Positions 26,701-39,380 of a stretch of DNA of 64,000 nt are shown piece by piece. The notes beneath the pieces are model-generated. The model saw only the letters and a program-made list of their open reading frames with translations. It searched no databases and had not been told where the DNA came from. Numbering within the stretch: the first letter of the stretch is position 1; each line of letters opens with the position of its first letter. The DNA is from Octopus vulgaris. Its lineage: Eukaryota. The position numbers and the translations under genes were made by a program. The stretch spans positions 162,688,001 to 162,752,000 of the forward strand of contig OX597815.1 in NCBI GenBank assembly GCA_951406725.2, given 5' to 3'.

Positions 26701-27134
26701 AAATCAATGGAAACTAAATTCTTTGCAGTTTTTTTTCTTTTTGCTCTTTCCTTTTATGATCTATGATTTACCCAGGTTGATTTAACTCCATCTAAATCCA
26801 GAAAGATATGTACCAGTCACGTATCTAATTCGGTGGGTTTATAGGTGATGTCGACCAAATTATGTGTGATTCTGTGTCAATGTTACAAACCAAGACTAGT
26901 TACGTCCCTTTATGTTCTGTGTTCAAATCTTGCTATGGTTGATTTGTTTTAACACCCATCAGGATTGGTGAAATACCTTTCAATCAAATATTTAGATCAA
27001 TAAAATCTACAAAACTAAACTTCATCACTTAATACAAAATTTGTCATCTTGGTCTGTGTCAAAAAAAATCCTTCAATAATGCTTAGTTATTGTTTGCTCT
27101 TTACTGTTCAAAGCATCTCAGCTGTGACCATGTC

Positions 27135-27188
<54 letters not shown>

Positions 27189-27220
27189 CATATATATATA
27201 TACATACATATACATATATA

Positions 27221-27751
27221 TGGTGGCGGCCCCCTCGTTATCGAGTATGGGCATTGCACGAAGCTTAATCAATGTTGTTATCGTGCAATGCCTGTGCAAG
27301 AAGATTTTTTTTAAAGTGAGGAAAGGCTGTGCACTGAGTCAATCCCACTCACTAAGCAACAGCAGCAATAATCTGAAAAGAAGAACAAGTCAACATCATC
27401 GGTAACCACTGAACCGCAGGTTTTATGTCGGAGTTATCCCAGTTACCTGAGTTACCTTCTCCTAGAAGGATGCCCTAACAAAGGCTAGGAGTCCTTCACT
27501 CCCAAAGGCTTAACCGCGCGATCAGGTATTCAGTCCGATTATTTCTATGTCCCCGCGCATGATATATCCTTAAGACATTTATTGGATGGCCATTGACTCT
27601 CAAGAGTTCCTCCGCCCTCTTTTTTTTTTTTACATCCTGCAGGGTGTCCAATAAACACCTTCCTCACCAAGCAAGCTTGGTGTGGTTGCCTGTTTAGTTG
27701 CCGACGACCCGACCTTGCAACAGGTTGTACTGGGTTACATGTTACCAGTAG
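27221..27751 (-). mobile_element. Short non-coding retroposon embedded in TA repeats (LINE 5' UTR-like part plus tail)
   Basis: CpG-rich and non-coding; 12-bp perfect stem at 27250-27292; the same terminal ~45 bp recurs at 32451-32497(+). Confidence 0.5.
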
Positions 27752-28463
27752 CATACATATATACACACACACACACACACATATATATATATCTGTATAT
27801 CAAGGATACATTTTAAAATATAACTTGTTGGTGGTGGTGATGTTGAGGCTGAGTTCAACACTCAGCAGACCTATATTCAAAGATATTCTTTGCCATGACA
27901 TTACAGTATTTTTTCTGTCAAAGTCTACCTTGGACCTTGTTAAAATAATGTGATTTCTTTTTAAACGATAGGATGTGGTTTCATGTAAAGCAGTACTGAC
28001 CTCATAAACTTGTATGATGTTTTCAAATATGTGGTAACAAGTTTGCTTCCTATACACATGGTTTTGTATTCAGTACCACTGCATGGCACTTTGGGCAAGT
28101 GTCTTTCTCTCTAGCATCCATGCTGACCAAAGTCTTGTGAGTGCATTTGGTAGAAGGAAACTGTAAGAAACCCGTGAAATATATATAACAGAACAAGAAG
28201 ATATGTGTTTGTGTGTGTGTGTGTGTGTGTTTCTGTCCTTGTCAATGCTAACTTAGTGATTCAGCAAAAGAGTTTGATAGAATATACTAAATTTTAAAGA
28301 ATAAGTACGGAGGTGGGGGTCCGATTTGTTTAACTAAATTCCAGCATAGCCACATTTCTATGACTAACACAAGTAATAGATAGAGATGTACAGATAGATA
28401 TGTGTGTATATGAGCATAACAGTGCTCCTACGCTTATACATATAAGCATATACATACATATGC

Positions 28464-28520
<57 letters not shown>

Positions 28521-28599
28521 TTACAAAAAGAAAATAGAAACTACATGTGGAAATGTAAGGGGAAAGTAGGAATAAAAGTAATAAAAGGCATTATTATAT

Positions 28600-30125
28600 A
28601 TTGTTAAAGAGATTCAAAGGCATACTGGTTTCATAAAATTATTGATCACTGCTTTGAATGCACACCGATTAGTGAATGGTGTTGGGTCTACTAGTCCCTG
28701 ACTAAAAAGATTATGTGTAAATGAGCTAAGTTGTTCTGGATTTGGTGCAATTAGGGTAGATATAAATCTGTAATGTGAATGGTGTATGGGATGTATGGAG
28801 TTTAGTATTAATTGAAAGGTTAGTAGTGTTCTGTATTAAGTTATGTGTTCATATTGAGTTGTGGAAGATATTTATTGATGAAAGTTGCCTCTTTATTCAT
28901 TCTTAGCTGTACTGAGGTGTTCTGTGAACATTGATAGAAGGGGAAAATTTTGAAATTAAGATTAAGGTTTCTAGCACACCTTTCTATGTGATCCCTGACC
29001 TGTGTCTGTCTGTAATGTGGGTGGCAGATTTGTTCTTTGTGGAGAGTGGTTCTTCGATGGAGTGATATTCCTGTTTGACCAATATAATGATTACCACATC
29101 CTAGGCATGTAATGGCATAGATTTTTCGAGGCACAGGTGAAATTTGATTTAATCTTACATATTTCACCTTGTTTAAAGTGGAATTCTAAACCCCCCAAAA
29201 GGTGGAGGCATGTACTACAGTAAGGTCGACCACATTTTTTCCCTTTTGGTTCTGTTGTTAATGAATATAGTCTTGCGCTGGTTAATATTTTTTTCAATGA
29301 TTTAGGTTGCATTTTGCTCTTGATAATTTTGTGTGAGCCTAAAATTTTGTTCATTGTTTTATCTTCTGTGAAGATGGGTAGATTTTGGATGATAATGTTG
29401 AAGGCTTTGTTGTTTCTAGGGTTATGTGTGCAGATGTATGGGAGTATTTTTAAGTCTGGTGTAGTATTTCGGTTGATATCCCTTAATGCTCGTATATCTA
29501 TTTCCTTAGCTCATTTCATACCATCATTTATTAATGATATTGGGAAATGTCTTTTGATCAGTATTCAAGGAGTCTTTGTTCATGAGTATAGGTGTCCGAA
29601 ACTATGGGACAGATTCTTTTCACTAGATTATAAGGTATATTAATTTTTATGTGTTTGGGGTGGCATGAGTTGAATAACAGGTATTGTTTAGAATCTGTGG
29701 TGGGTTTATAGATGTCTGTGTTGATGTGGTTATTGACTATTTTAATTAGGATGTCAAGAAAAGGGAGTTGTTTACTGCTGTGCTCCAAGGTGGAATTGTA
29801 TGTTGCTATTAATATTGTTAAGCATTATTTTGAAATTGAGGAGTTTGTCCATGCTATCTTTCCAAAGTATAAAACAATCGTCCAAATACCTCTTCCATTT
29901 CTCCTTTAAATAGCAATGAAATGAGGTGTCATATTTTTGTAGTGAAGATTGGTATATTTTAAGTTCTAGGTTCACAATCACTGGAGCAGCTCGGGTTCCC
30001 ATTGCAATTCCATATTTTTGTTGATAGTAAACTGTATCAAACATGAACTAATTGTTCAGTAGGATGAATTTGAGTGCTGTGATTATAAATCTGTGGTTGA
30101 TGCATCCTGAGATCTCTTCTGGGTT
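28600..30125 (-). mobile_element. Penelope-like element, 5'-truncated (RT + GIY-YIG + pLTR)
   Basis: YYQQKYGIAMGTRAAP, WKRYLDDCF, LPFLDI, DIYKPTTDSKQYLLFNSCHP, KCGRPYCSTC and IYAITCLGCGNHYIGQTG; frameshifted. Confidence 0.92.
28612..28659 (-). ncRNA. Minimal type I hammerhead motif, G3-C8 core variant
   Basis: ATTCAAAGCA-GTGATCA-ATAATTTTAT-GAAA-CCAG-TA-TGCCTTTGAAT, located in the PLE 3' end. Confidence 0.6.
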
Positions 30126-30513
30126 TATATAAAAGTTCAGGATTAAATATTAAAGCACCAAGGTCGGGTCAATGAAATTGCTAAAGTGTACAAAACAGCA
30201 TTAGAGGAACATATACATACATACTAAAGTTAAGTGGATTCATATTCCAGTTGCATGTATAAGCACAAGCATCCAACTGAATATATCGCAAGTCTCAAGA
30301 CTGTACCTAGGTACCAGTTCTACACTAAACCTACTGCACTCAATAGACACCAGATCCATGGTAATTCCCTGGCTGAAGTTTGCCAAGGAATCATGAAATA
30401 GCACATACTTGGATTCATTGGAAATTTTTTTTAATGTTTAATTTGTACTTATATTTACCCAATGAAAGTAGTTTTTTTTTCACATGATGTAATAACTCTA
30501 TTCGTCAATATAT

Positions 30514-30679
<166 letters not shown>

Positions 30680-31026
30680 GTATATATATATATGTATATG
30701 TGTATATATATATATGTTTGTATATATGTGTATATATATACTCTTTTACTCTTTTACTGTGGCCATGCTGGAGCACCACCTTTAATCGAGCAACTCGACC
30801 CCGGGACTTATTCTTTTGTAAGCCCAGTACTTATTTTATCGGTCTCTTTTGCCGAACCACTAAGTAACGGAGACATAAACACACCAGCATCAGTTGTCAA
30901 GCAATGCTAGGGGGACAAACACAGACACACAAACACATACACACACCAAGATGCCACGCAGTGGGACTGAACCCGGAACCATGTGGTTGGTTAGCAAGCT
31001 ACGTACCACACACCCACTCCTGTATA

Positions 31027-31079
<53 letters not shown>

Positions 31080-31086
31080 ATTCAAC

Positions 31087-32175
31087 AAATGGGATAAGAA
31101 TGCAAAAGATGACAACAAAACATCCAGACAGTTAGGTGATACAATAAGGGACAAGAAAAGACTAAGATGGTCCATTTAAAGTTTTCTTTCCTCAGTCGAG
31201 TTCCAGATCGTCTTTGTAGTTTTGGCTGGTTATATTTGAGACTGCACCAATCTAGCCAGCCCCAAGAAAAATCTAAGCTAAGAGCACTAGATTCCTTGGA
31301 AGAAAGCAGCAAATGTATATGAAAATAAGGACGGAAAAAAAACCGAGAAATGGTACACAAATACAAATGCAAACAACAGGTATCTTTTGACTAAGGACGA
31401 ATTATATTAAGCTGGCGTGTGTGGAAATGAAGCCTTACAGCAGGGACATAAGAGATGATAGGCATGGGAAGGAAAATAGATGTTGCACAATTGGTAGTCA
31501 AACCAAGAAAGAAAGGTCAGGCTTGGCAGAACACCAGTCACATGGAAGGAGAGGAGCAGAGGCAGGGGGATAGAAGAATTAGGGAGGGACAAGAAAAAAA
31601 GAAAAAAGAAAAGCTACAGAGTGAAGTGAAAGAGGAGGGAAGGCCAAAAATGTGAGAGAGGAACAGCAAAAGAAAGAAGAGTGGAAAGAACAAAGTAAGT
31701 GTGAAGGAGCTGAAAGACAGAAAGAAAGAATGAAAGAATAAGAGTCATACAATATTTATATATATATATATATGTATGTACTCACATATAAGAGACCAAA
31801 GTGTATGTACGCTGCTATATGTATATAAAAAAGAATAGAAAAAATGGGACAAGAACACAACAAATGATAACCAAACATCCAGACAGTTAGATGATACCAA
31901 AAGGAATAAGGAAAAACAAGCACGGGCCTTTTGGAGTTTCCTTTCCTCAGTTGAGTTCCAGATCATCATTGCAGTTTTGGCTTGTTATACTCATGACTTC
32001 TCCAATCTGGTCAGCCCCAAGGAAAATCTAAGCTAAGAGCATTAGATTCCTTGCAAGAAAGTAGCAAATGTATACGAAAACAAGGATGGATACAAATGGA
32101 GAAATGTTATACAAATGCAAACAACAGGTGTCTTTTGACTAAGGATGAATTAAATTAAGCTGGTGTATGTAGAAG
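31087..32175. repeat. Two diverged direct copies of a ~340-bp interspersed repeat
   Basis: 31087-31426 and 31842-32175 share AACATCCAGACAGTTAG, AATCTAAGCTAAGAGCA and TCTTTTGACTAAGGA. Confidence 0.85.
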
Positions 32176-32209
32176 TATATATACTTCCACATACACCAGC
32201 TTAATTTAA

Positions 32210-32261
<52 letters not shown>

Positions 32262-32332
32262 ATTAAGCCCAGCTAAAGATCTACAATATCTTGTACATAC
32301 ATACATATACATATACATATATACATCAATAA

Positions 32333-32404
<72 letters not shown>

Positions 32405-32499
32405 TTATGTATGTATATATGTATATGTTCGATCACAGCACCAGTAACAGTTAAGCTTCGTGCAATGGCCATACTCGAAAACGAGGGGGCAGCCATAAT

Positions 32500-32500
32500 A

Positions 32501-32532
<32 letters not shown>

Positions 32533-32635
32533 GTATGTGTATATATATATATATATGTATGTATGTATATATATGTTTGTATATATATATGTATATATAC
32601 GTGTATATATATATGTATGTATATATGTATATATA

Positions 32636-32694
<59 letters not shown>

Positions 32695-32946
32695 GTATAT
32701 ATGTATATATGTATATATATATGTATATATGTATATATGTATATATGTATATGTATATATATATGTATATATATATGTATATATATGTATATATGTATAT
32801 ATGTATATATATATGTATATGTATATATATATGTATATATATATGTATATATATATATGTATATATATATGTATATGTATATATATGTATATGTATATAT
32901 ATATGTATATATATATGTATATATATATATGTATATATATATATGT

Positions 32947-32979
<33 letters not shown>

Positions 32980-33002
32980 TATATATATGTATATGTATAT
33001 AT

Positions 33003-33034
<32 letters not shown>

Positions 33035-33078
33035 GTATATGTATATGTATATGTATATATATATGTATATGTATATAT

Positions 33079-33143
<65 letters not shown>
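32500..33143. repeat. Compound (TA)n/(TATG)n microsatellite
   Basis: Direct observation; it gives the 920-aa ORF a spurious N-terminus. Confidence 0.95.
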
Positions 33144-33146
<3 letters not shown>

Positions 33147-33147
<1 letters not shown>

Positions 33148-35847
33148 GGCTACCGGAAGGACAAAAAGACCAATTCTATGACACCCTATTGCGAACTACC
33201 TCGTTGACAAATGACAGTGACCTTCTCTTCGTGGCAGGTGATTTCAATGGACATGTCGGACGGCATGTCGGGGGCTTCCATGGCGTCCATGGAGGCTACG
33301 GTTTCGGCTCTCGTAATGAGGAGGGAACCAGGCTGCTGGAGTTCTGCGATGCAAATGACCTTATGGTCTGCAATACCAACTTCAGGAAACTCTCCTCTCA
33401 CCTAGTCACCTACCGTTCTGGCAGACACACCAGCCAGATTGACTACATCCTTGCCAGAAAAAGGGAAAGAGGGCTGATTATAAATGCCAAAACCTTTCCA
33501 GGGGAAGAATGCACTCCTCAACATAGATTAGTAGTTAGCGACTTCAGGATCAGAGCTAAATGGTTGCCCAGAAGAAGACCTGCTTGGAGGAGAAGGGTCT
33601 GGAAGCTTAAAGATCCTGCAAATGGACAGAGATTTAGAGACATACTACTCGAAGCCTTTGACGAAATAGAAGGGGATATAGCTTCACTTAATGTGGAAGA
33701 CAACTGGAGATTTCTACGGGACAATCTGCTGACAGCCACTGACCAGATCTGTGGATGGAGCAAAGTACCATCTCAACCCAGAGTAACATGGTGGTGGAAC
33801 ACTGTGGTTGACAGGGCTATTAGACAAAAGAGACAGGCTTGGAAGGACTGGAAGAACGGTGGTAGCAGGGAATTGTATCAGACAGCCAGAAGGGAAGCTA
33901 GGAGACAGGTTTATTTAGCCAGAGGGGAAGCGGATAAGAAAAAATTTGCCAATGTTCTGCGCCGTGAGGATGAAAGACTTGAGGTATTTCATGTTGCAAG
34001 ACAGTGTGTGAGAGAGAATCGTGATGTGGTAGGAGAGAAGTGTGTTCGCATGGATGATGGTTCACTTGCGCTAAATGAGGATGCAAAGAGAGAGGTTTGG
34101 AGATGCCACTATGAAAGGTTGCTGAATAAAGAAAATGAATGGGATAAAGAGAGTCTGCCGAATGTTGACCCAACAGAGGGACCAGCTATCCGAGTTGATA
34201 GTTCCGTGGTAGCTAAGGCAATTAGAAGCATGAAGACAGGGAAAGCCCCAGGCCCATCAGAAATTACTGCAGAGATGCTCAAAATATCTGGCAGTGTCGG
34301 CTATAACCTAGTCACCCGTATAGTCAACCAGGTGATACACGAAGGAGTCATACCCAATGACTGGTGTAGCAGCATACTAGTCAACTGCAACAAAGGTAAA
34401 GGTGATGCCCTAGATACAAATAATTACAGAGGTATCAAGCTGTTGGATCAGGTAATGAAGGTTACGGAGAAGGTCATAGCCCAACTAATTAGAGAGAGAG
34501 TTAGTTTAGATGAAATGCAGTTTGGGTTTGTGCCAGGGAAAAGCACCACTGATGCTATATTCCTGGTAAGGCAGCTGCAGGAGAAATACCTAGCCAAAGA
34601 TAAGCCCCTGTACCTGGCTTTCGTTGACATGGAGAAAGCCTTTGATAGGGTCCCCCGATCCCTCATCTGGTGGTCAATGAGGAAACTAGGGATAGATGAA
34701 TGGCTGGTGAGGGCTGTGCAAGCCATGTACAGAGATGCCGTAAGCAAGGTTAGAGTTGGCAACATGTACACAGATGAATTGAAAGTAGAGGTTGGGGTCC
34801 ACCAGGGTTCAGTACTCAGCCCCCTCCTATTTATCATAGTCCTCCAGGCAATAACAGAGGAATTCAAGACAGGTTGCCCCTGGGAGCTCCTCTATGCTGA
34901 CGACCTCGCTCTAATTGCTGAGTCACTATCAGAACTGGAGGAGAAGTTCCAGGTGTGGAAGGAGGGTTTAGAATCGAGGGGCCTTAGAGTCAACCTAGCT
35001 AAAACCAAAGTACTAATAAGTAGAAAGGTAGGCAATCCACAAATGTCCTCAGGAAGATGGCCCTGCTCGATCTGTAGAAAAGGTGTAGGTAGAAACTCTA
35101 TAAGATGTACCCAGTGTAAGCTATGGACACATAAGAGGTGCAGCAATGTCAAAGGTAGGCTAACTGGGAAGATAGTTTTTATATGTGGCAGATGCTCGGG
35201 AGCATTGACCTCCGAAAATCTGCAGAAAACAACTTCCGTCACTTTCCAGGGGGGAAAAATTAGAAGTAGTTGATAGCTTCCGTTATCTAGGTGACCAAGT
35301 CAGTAGTGGGGGTGGGTGCGCTGAGAGTGTAACTGCTAGAATAAGAATAGCCTGGGCAAAGTTTAGGGAGCTCTTACCTCTGCTGGTGACTAAAGGCCTC
35401 TCGCTCAGAGTAAAGGGCAGACTGTATGATGCATGTGTTCGAACTGCCATGCTACATGGCAGTGAAACATGGGCCGTGACTGCTGAGGACATGCGTAAGC
35501 TCATGAGGAATGAAGCCAGTATGCTCCGATGGATGTGTAATGTCAGTGTACTTACTCGACAGAGTGTTAGTTCCCTAAGAGAAATGTTGTACCTAAGAAG
35601 CATCAGTTGTTGCGTGCAAGAGAGACGATTGCGCTGGTATGGTCATGTGGCGAGAATGGATAAAGATAGGTGTGTGAGAAAGTGCCAATCCCTAGCAGTT
35701 GAGGGAACCCGTGGAAGAGGTAGACCCAGGAAAACCTGGGATGAGGTGGTGAAGCACGACCTTCGAACATTAGGTCTCACCATGGAAATGACTAGAGACC
35801 GAGACCTATGGAAGTATGCTGTACGTGAGAAGACCCGGCAAGACTAG
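33147..35847 (+). pseudogene. RTE ORF (endonuclease-reverse transcriptase with internal PHD finger); one frameshift at 35249-35254
   Basis: [60 protein letters not shown] and LYADD; after a +1 shift, FRYLGD..LRWYGHV..RGRGRPRKTW. Confidence 0.93.
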
Positions 35848-36109
35848 TGAAGCCATAACCCGTGGCCCCTACCTGGGATGTAGTCAGTCCGCCTGTGCAT
35901 ACCTTCCTTCTTGTGACACTTGTGAAGACCTGTTGAGGCAAATCAAATCAAAGTCAAATCGAATCAAGTCAAACCAAATCAAAATAGATGAACATCAATG
36001 GAATTTGTATCCTTGTGGTACCAGTGCCGGTGGCACATAAGAAAACCATCCGAACGGGACCGTAGCCAGTACCGCATCGACTGGCCTCCGTGCTGTGGGC
36101 ACGTAACAA

Positions 36110-36510
36110 ACACCGTCCGAGCGTGGCCGTCTGCCAGCCTCGTCTGGCACCTGTGTCGGTGGCACATAAAAACACCATCCGAGCGTGGCCGTCTGCCAGC
36201 CTCGTCTGGCACCTGTGTCGGTGGCACATAAAAACACCTGTGTCGGTGGCACATAAAAACACCATCCGAGCGTGGCCATCTGCCAGCCTCGTCTGGCACC
36301 TGTGTCGGTGGCACATAAAAACACCATCCGAGCGTGGCCGTCTGCCAGCCTCGTCTGGCACCTGTGTCGGTGGCACATAAAAAACACCATCCGAGCGTGG
36401 CCGTCTGCCAGCCTCGTCTGGCACCTGTGTCGGTGGCACATAAAAACACCATCCGAGCGTGGCCGTTCGCCAGCCTCGTCTGGCACCTGTGTCGGTGGCA
36501 CATAAAATCA
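36110..36510 (+). repeat. 62-bp tandem array (6 units plus one 25-bp partial) in the RTE 3' UTR
   Basis: Unit ACCATCCGAGCGTGGCCGTCTGCCAGCCTCGTCTGGCACCTGTGTCGGTGGCACATAAAAAC. Confidence 0.95.
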
Positions 36511-36742
36511 CCCACTACACTCTCGGAGTGGTTGGCGTTAGGAAGGGCATCCAGCTGTAGAAACACTGCCAGATCTGACTGGCCTGGTGCAGCCTTCGGG
36601 CTCCCCAGACCCCAGTTGAACCGTCCAACCCATGATAGCATGGAAAGCGGACGTTAAACGATGATGATGATGATGATATATATATGTATATATATGTAAA
36701 TATATATATGTATATATATGTATATATGTATGTATATATACA

Positions 36743-36791
<49 letters not shown>

Positions 36792-38268
36792 ATCAATATA
36801 GTTATTTGCCACAAAAGTGGCGAAATATCAGTTTCCATCACTCCTGAATGGTATCAGAGGCAAGTTGTCTTATCTTTCTATGACCATCAGGTGTTCTAAC
36901 ACTGTGTAATGAGGGAGTCATCCCCCAGGTGCTACACCACAGTGAAACGGGGAACAAATAAAACACATACCTTTAGTATGTGTTTTTTAGCCTTCCTCAA
37001 TGGGAAATACTGAAATGAACGCTGCATCTGGGAAGCTGAGCAGAGATAGAGTTTTTACACCTTTTACCATAAGCGAGAATTTTTTTCTCCATGATATCTA
37101 CAGTAAATTTGCATTGAAATGTTGAAATATGTCACAAACATATTTTAATGAAATTAAAGTTCGCTTATACCCAATCACTGATTGGTGCTGATACTGTTGA
37201 ATTTATCCCAACTAGATGGTCCAATAGTGCAACTCAGTTAATGTTGTTGACTGTTTTTTAGTTAAAGCTATGACCTTAAATCTGCCCAGAGTTACCTTAC
37301 TTTAGTATTTCCAATTGAGGAAGGCTAAAGAGCCAGAAATGCTGCATCTAGAAATCTGAGAGAGGGCAACACTGGACAGACATTGGTGTAAAAATTACAC
37401 CTTTTACCATAAAAGAAAATATTTTCTTCATGGCAACTGCAGTTGGCATTAGGAAGGGCATCCAGCTGTAGGAACTTTGCCAGATCAGATTGAGCCTGGT
37501 GCAGCCTTCTGGCTCACCAGTCCTCAGTCAAACCATCCAACCCATGCCAGCATGGAAAGCAGATGTTAAACAATGGTGATGTATGTGCTTATACACATAC
37601 ATACGTATAAGACAAGGAAGCTGCTCTATGTTTGTTGACATGGCTATCAAATTATTTTCTGATGAAAATTTAAGTTTTTATCTGGTTTACAATACTGATG
37701 AGATTGCCATTTATTGGTACAGTACTCTAAGAAGAAATCTAAAAACTGAATATTTATGAATTTTTATCTAATACTATCAGCAACATATGTATTTCCAAAA
37801 TGGAGATGAGTACCAACTTTTCCATGTGGCAGGCTTGGTAACTGTTGAGAAATTTCTTTTTATATGAACTCATTGGTAGCCTTGTTAAAATACAAATATC
37901 ATGCTCCTTAATTATATCAGGCTCAAATATTCTATGTTTTGTGTTCAAACAGACTCAATCCAACCTTTCACACCTATCCGATAGTATCATTCTAAAAATA
38001 AAGAATCACATCTTTGAAAGCTTAAAGTTAGGAGAAAATGCATGATTAATTCAAAAGAATGAGAAGAAAAGTACTTTACATTGGACATAGTTGTCTGAAC
38101 GTTAAAGGGTTAAATATGGTTTGGGTCTCAAGATGAGGTTAATAGTTTGAACAATTATTATCTCTTCTAGTCACCCTAAATATAGGTTGATCAATTCTGG
38201 TATTTACAAGTGGTTGAGTAGTCATAGATTTGGTCAGTTTGTTGGATGTTTAGGTGAGTTGAGACTGG

Positions 38269-39380
38269 TTTTAGATATGAGAATCATAGGGTTTGATTTT
38301 TCTCAACTAAATGATTTTGTTTGGCTCAGTACACTTATGGTTTCCACAGATTTTTTCATATTATCTGAATGAACTTAATATTACTTCAAAGAAATTTATT
38401 GTTATAGTGTTTTATTTGATCAAGAGTTTTGAGAATAAGCTTGGCATACTTGAAAGTGATTTAGAAAAAAAAAAAAAAACCCCTGGGAAGTGTTTCCAAA
38501 GAGGAAGAAATTTTCTGAAGAAACCAGTTGTAAGAATAAGAAACAAAATATAAAATAGTTCATAGATACTGTAAGGGTCATGACTAAAGGGTTTGAGTCT
38601 GTTTTTAGATATGAGAATCATAGGGTTTGATTTTTCTCGACTAAATGATTTTGTTTGGCTCAGAAAACTTATGGTTTCCACAGAGTTTTCATATCTTCTG
38701 CATGAACTTAATATTACTTCAAAGAAATTCACTGTTGCAGTGCTTTGTTTGATCAAGAGTTTTGAAAATAAACTTGATATACTTGAAAGTGATTTAGAAA
38801 AAAGAAGCTGGGAGGTCTTTCCAAAGATGAAGAAATTTTTGAAGAAACCAGTTGTAAGAATAAGAAACAATATACAAAACAGTTTATAAATATTGTAAGG
38901 GTCATGACCAAACAGTTTTCTTCTAGATTTGTGCAGCTTGAGAGTTAAAGGAAGCAATACAATTTATAATTTATACAATATCCTGATGAATCAGCTTTCA
39001 CAGTTCTTAAATTAGGTGCTTTTGAGTGGTTGGATTTAAGAGATTTAGAAATGCATTTAGTCGACTTCCAAATCCTATTTGAAAGCAAAATTTCATTACC
39101 CTTAGAGATGATTTGCGATAAATTGAATACGAAGTGAAGTTGAATAAGTATTCTGGCTGTGGACATCTTGAGAGTAGAATTGCATTTCTGAAAATTTTGA
39201 GGCTCTTTAAAATTCTTGTAAAAGCACTCCTGACCACTTCCTCATCAAAGTATTCATGTATCATATTGTTCTCAGTTCTTTGATAATATAAAAATGGAGA
39301 TGAGAAACAGATAACAAGAGTGCTGCTTGCATAGCATTAAAACATACACAGTATATCCCTCTTGTACACAATAAACTATC
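38269..39380 (+). pseudogene. hAT transposase remnant (GTF2IRD2/SPIN-like) with internal ~334-bp tandem duplication
   Basis: LNDFVWL..LM..TD/E...L.ELNI, LIKSFENKL.ILESDL..FP and WLDLRDLEMHLVDFQ; duplicated units start at about 38269 and 38603. Confidence 0.7.

Larger units (their letters stand above)
33145..36676 (+). mobile_element. Young RTE-clade LINE, 5'-truncated, with (GAT)n tail
   Basis: APE endonuclease C-half, RT, C-terminal domain, 3' UTR with tandem array, and GAT-repeat tail; sits within TA microsatellite. Confidence 0.95.

Noticed and set aside
27690-27751. HDV-like ribozyme at the element's 5' end
   Set aside because: I could not build the nested P1/P3/P1.1 pseudoknot by eye.
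32511-33143. Tyr/Ile/Met-rich N-terminus of the 920-aa ORF
   Set aside because: It is read-through of a TA microsatellite; homology begins near 33147.
35249-35259. Programmed -1 frameshift at G GGA AAA
   Set aside because: The downstream RT frame is +1, not -1; a single extra G (mutation or sequencing error) explains it.
36110-36510. CRISPR-like array
   Set aside because: Units are contiguous with no unique spacers, there are no cas genes, and the array lies in a LINE 3' UTR.
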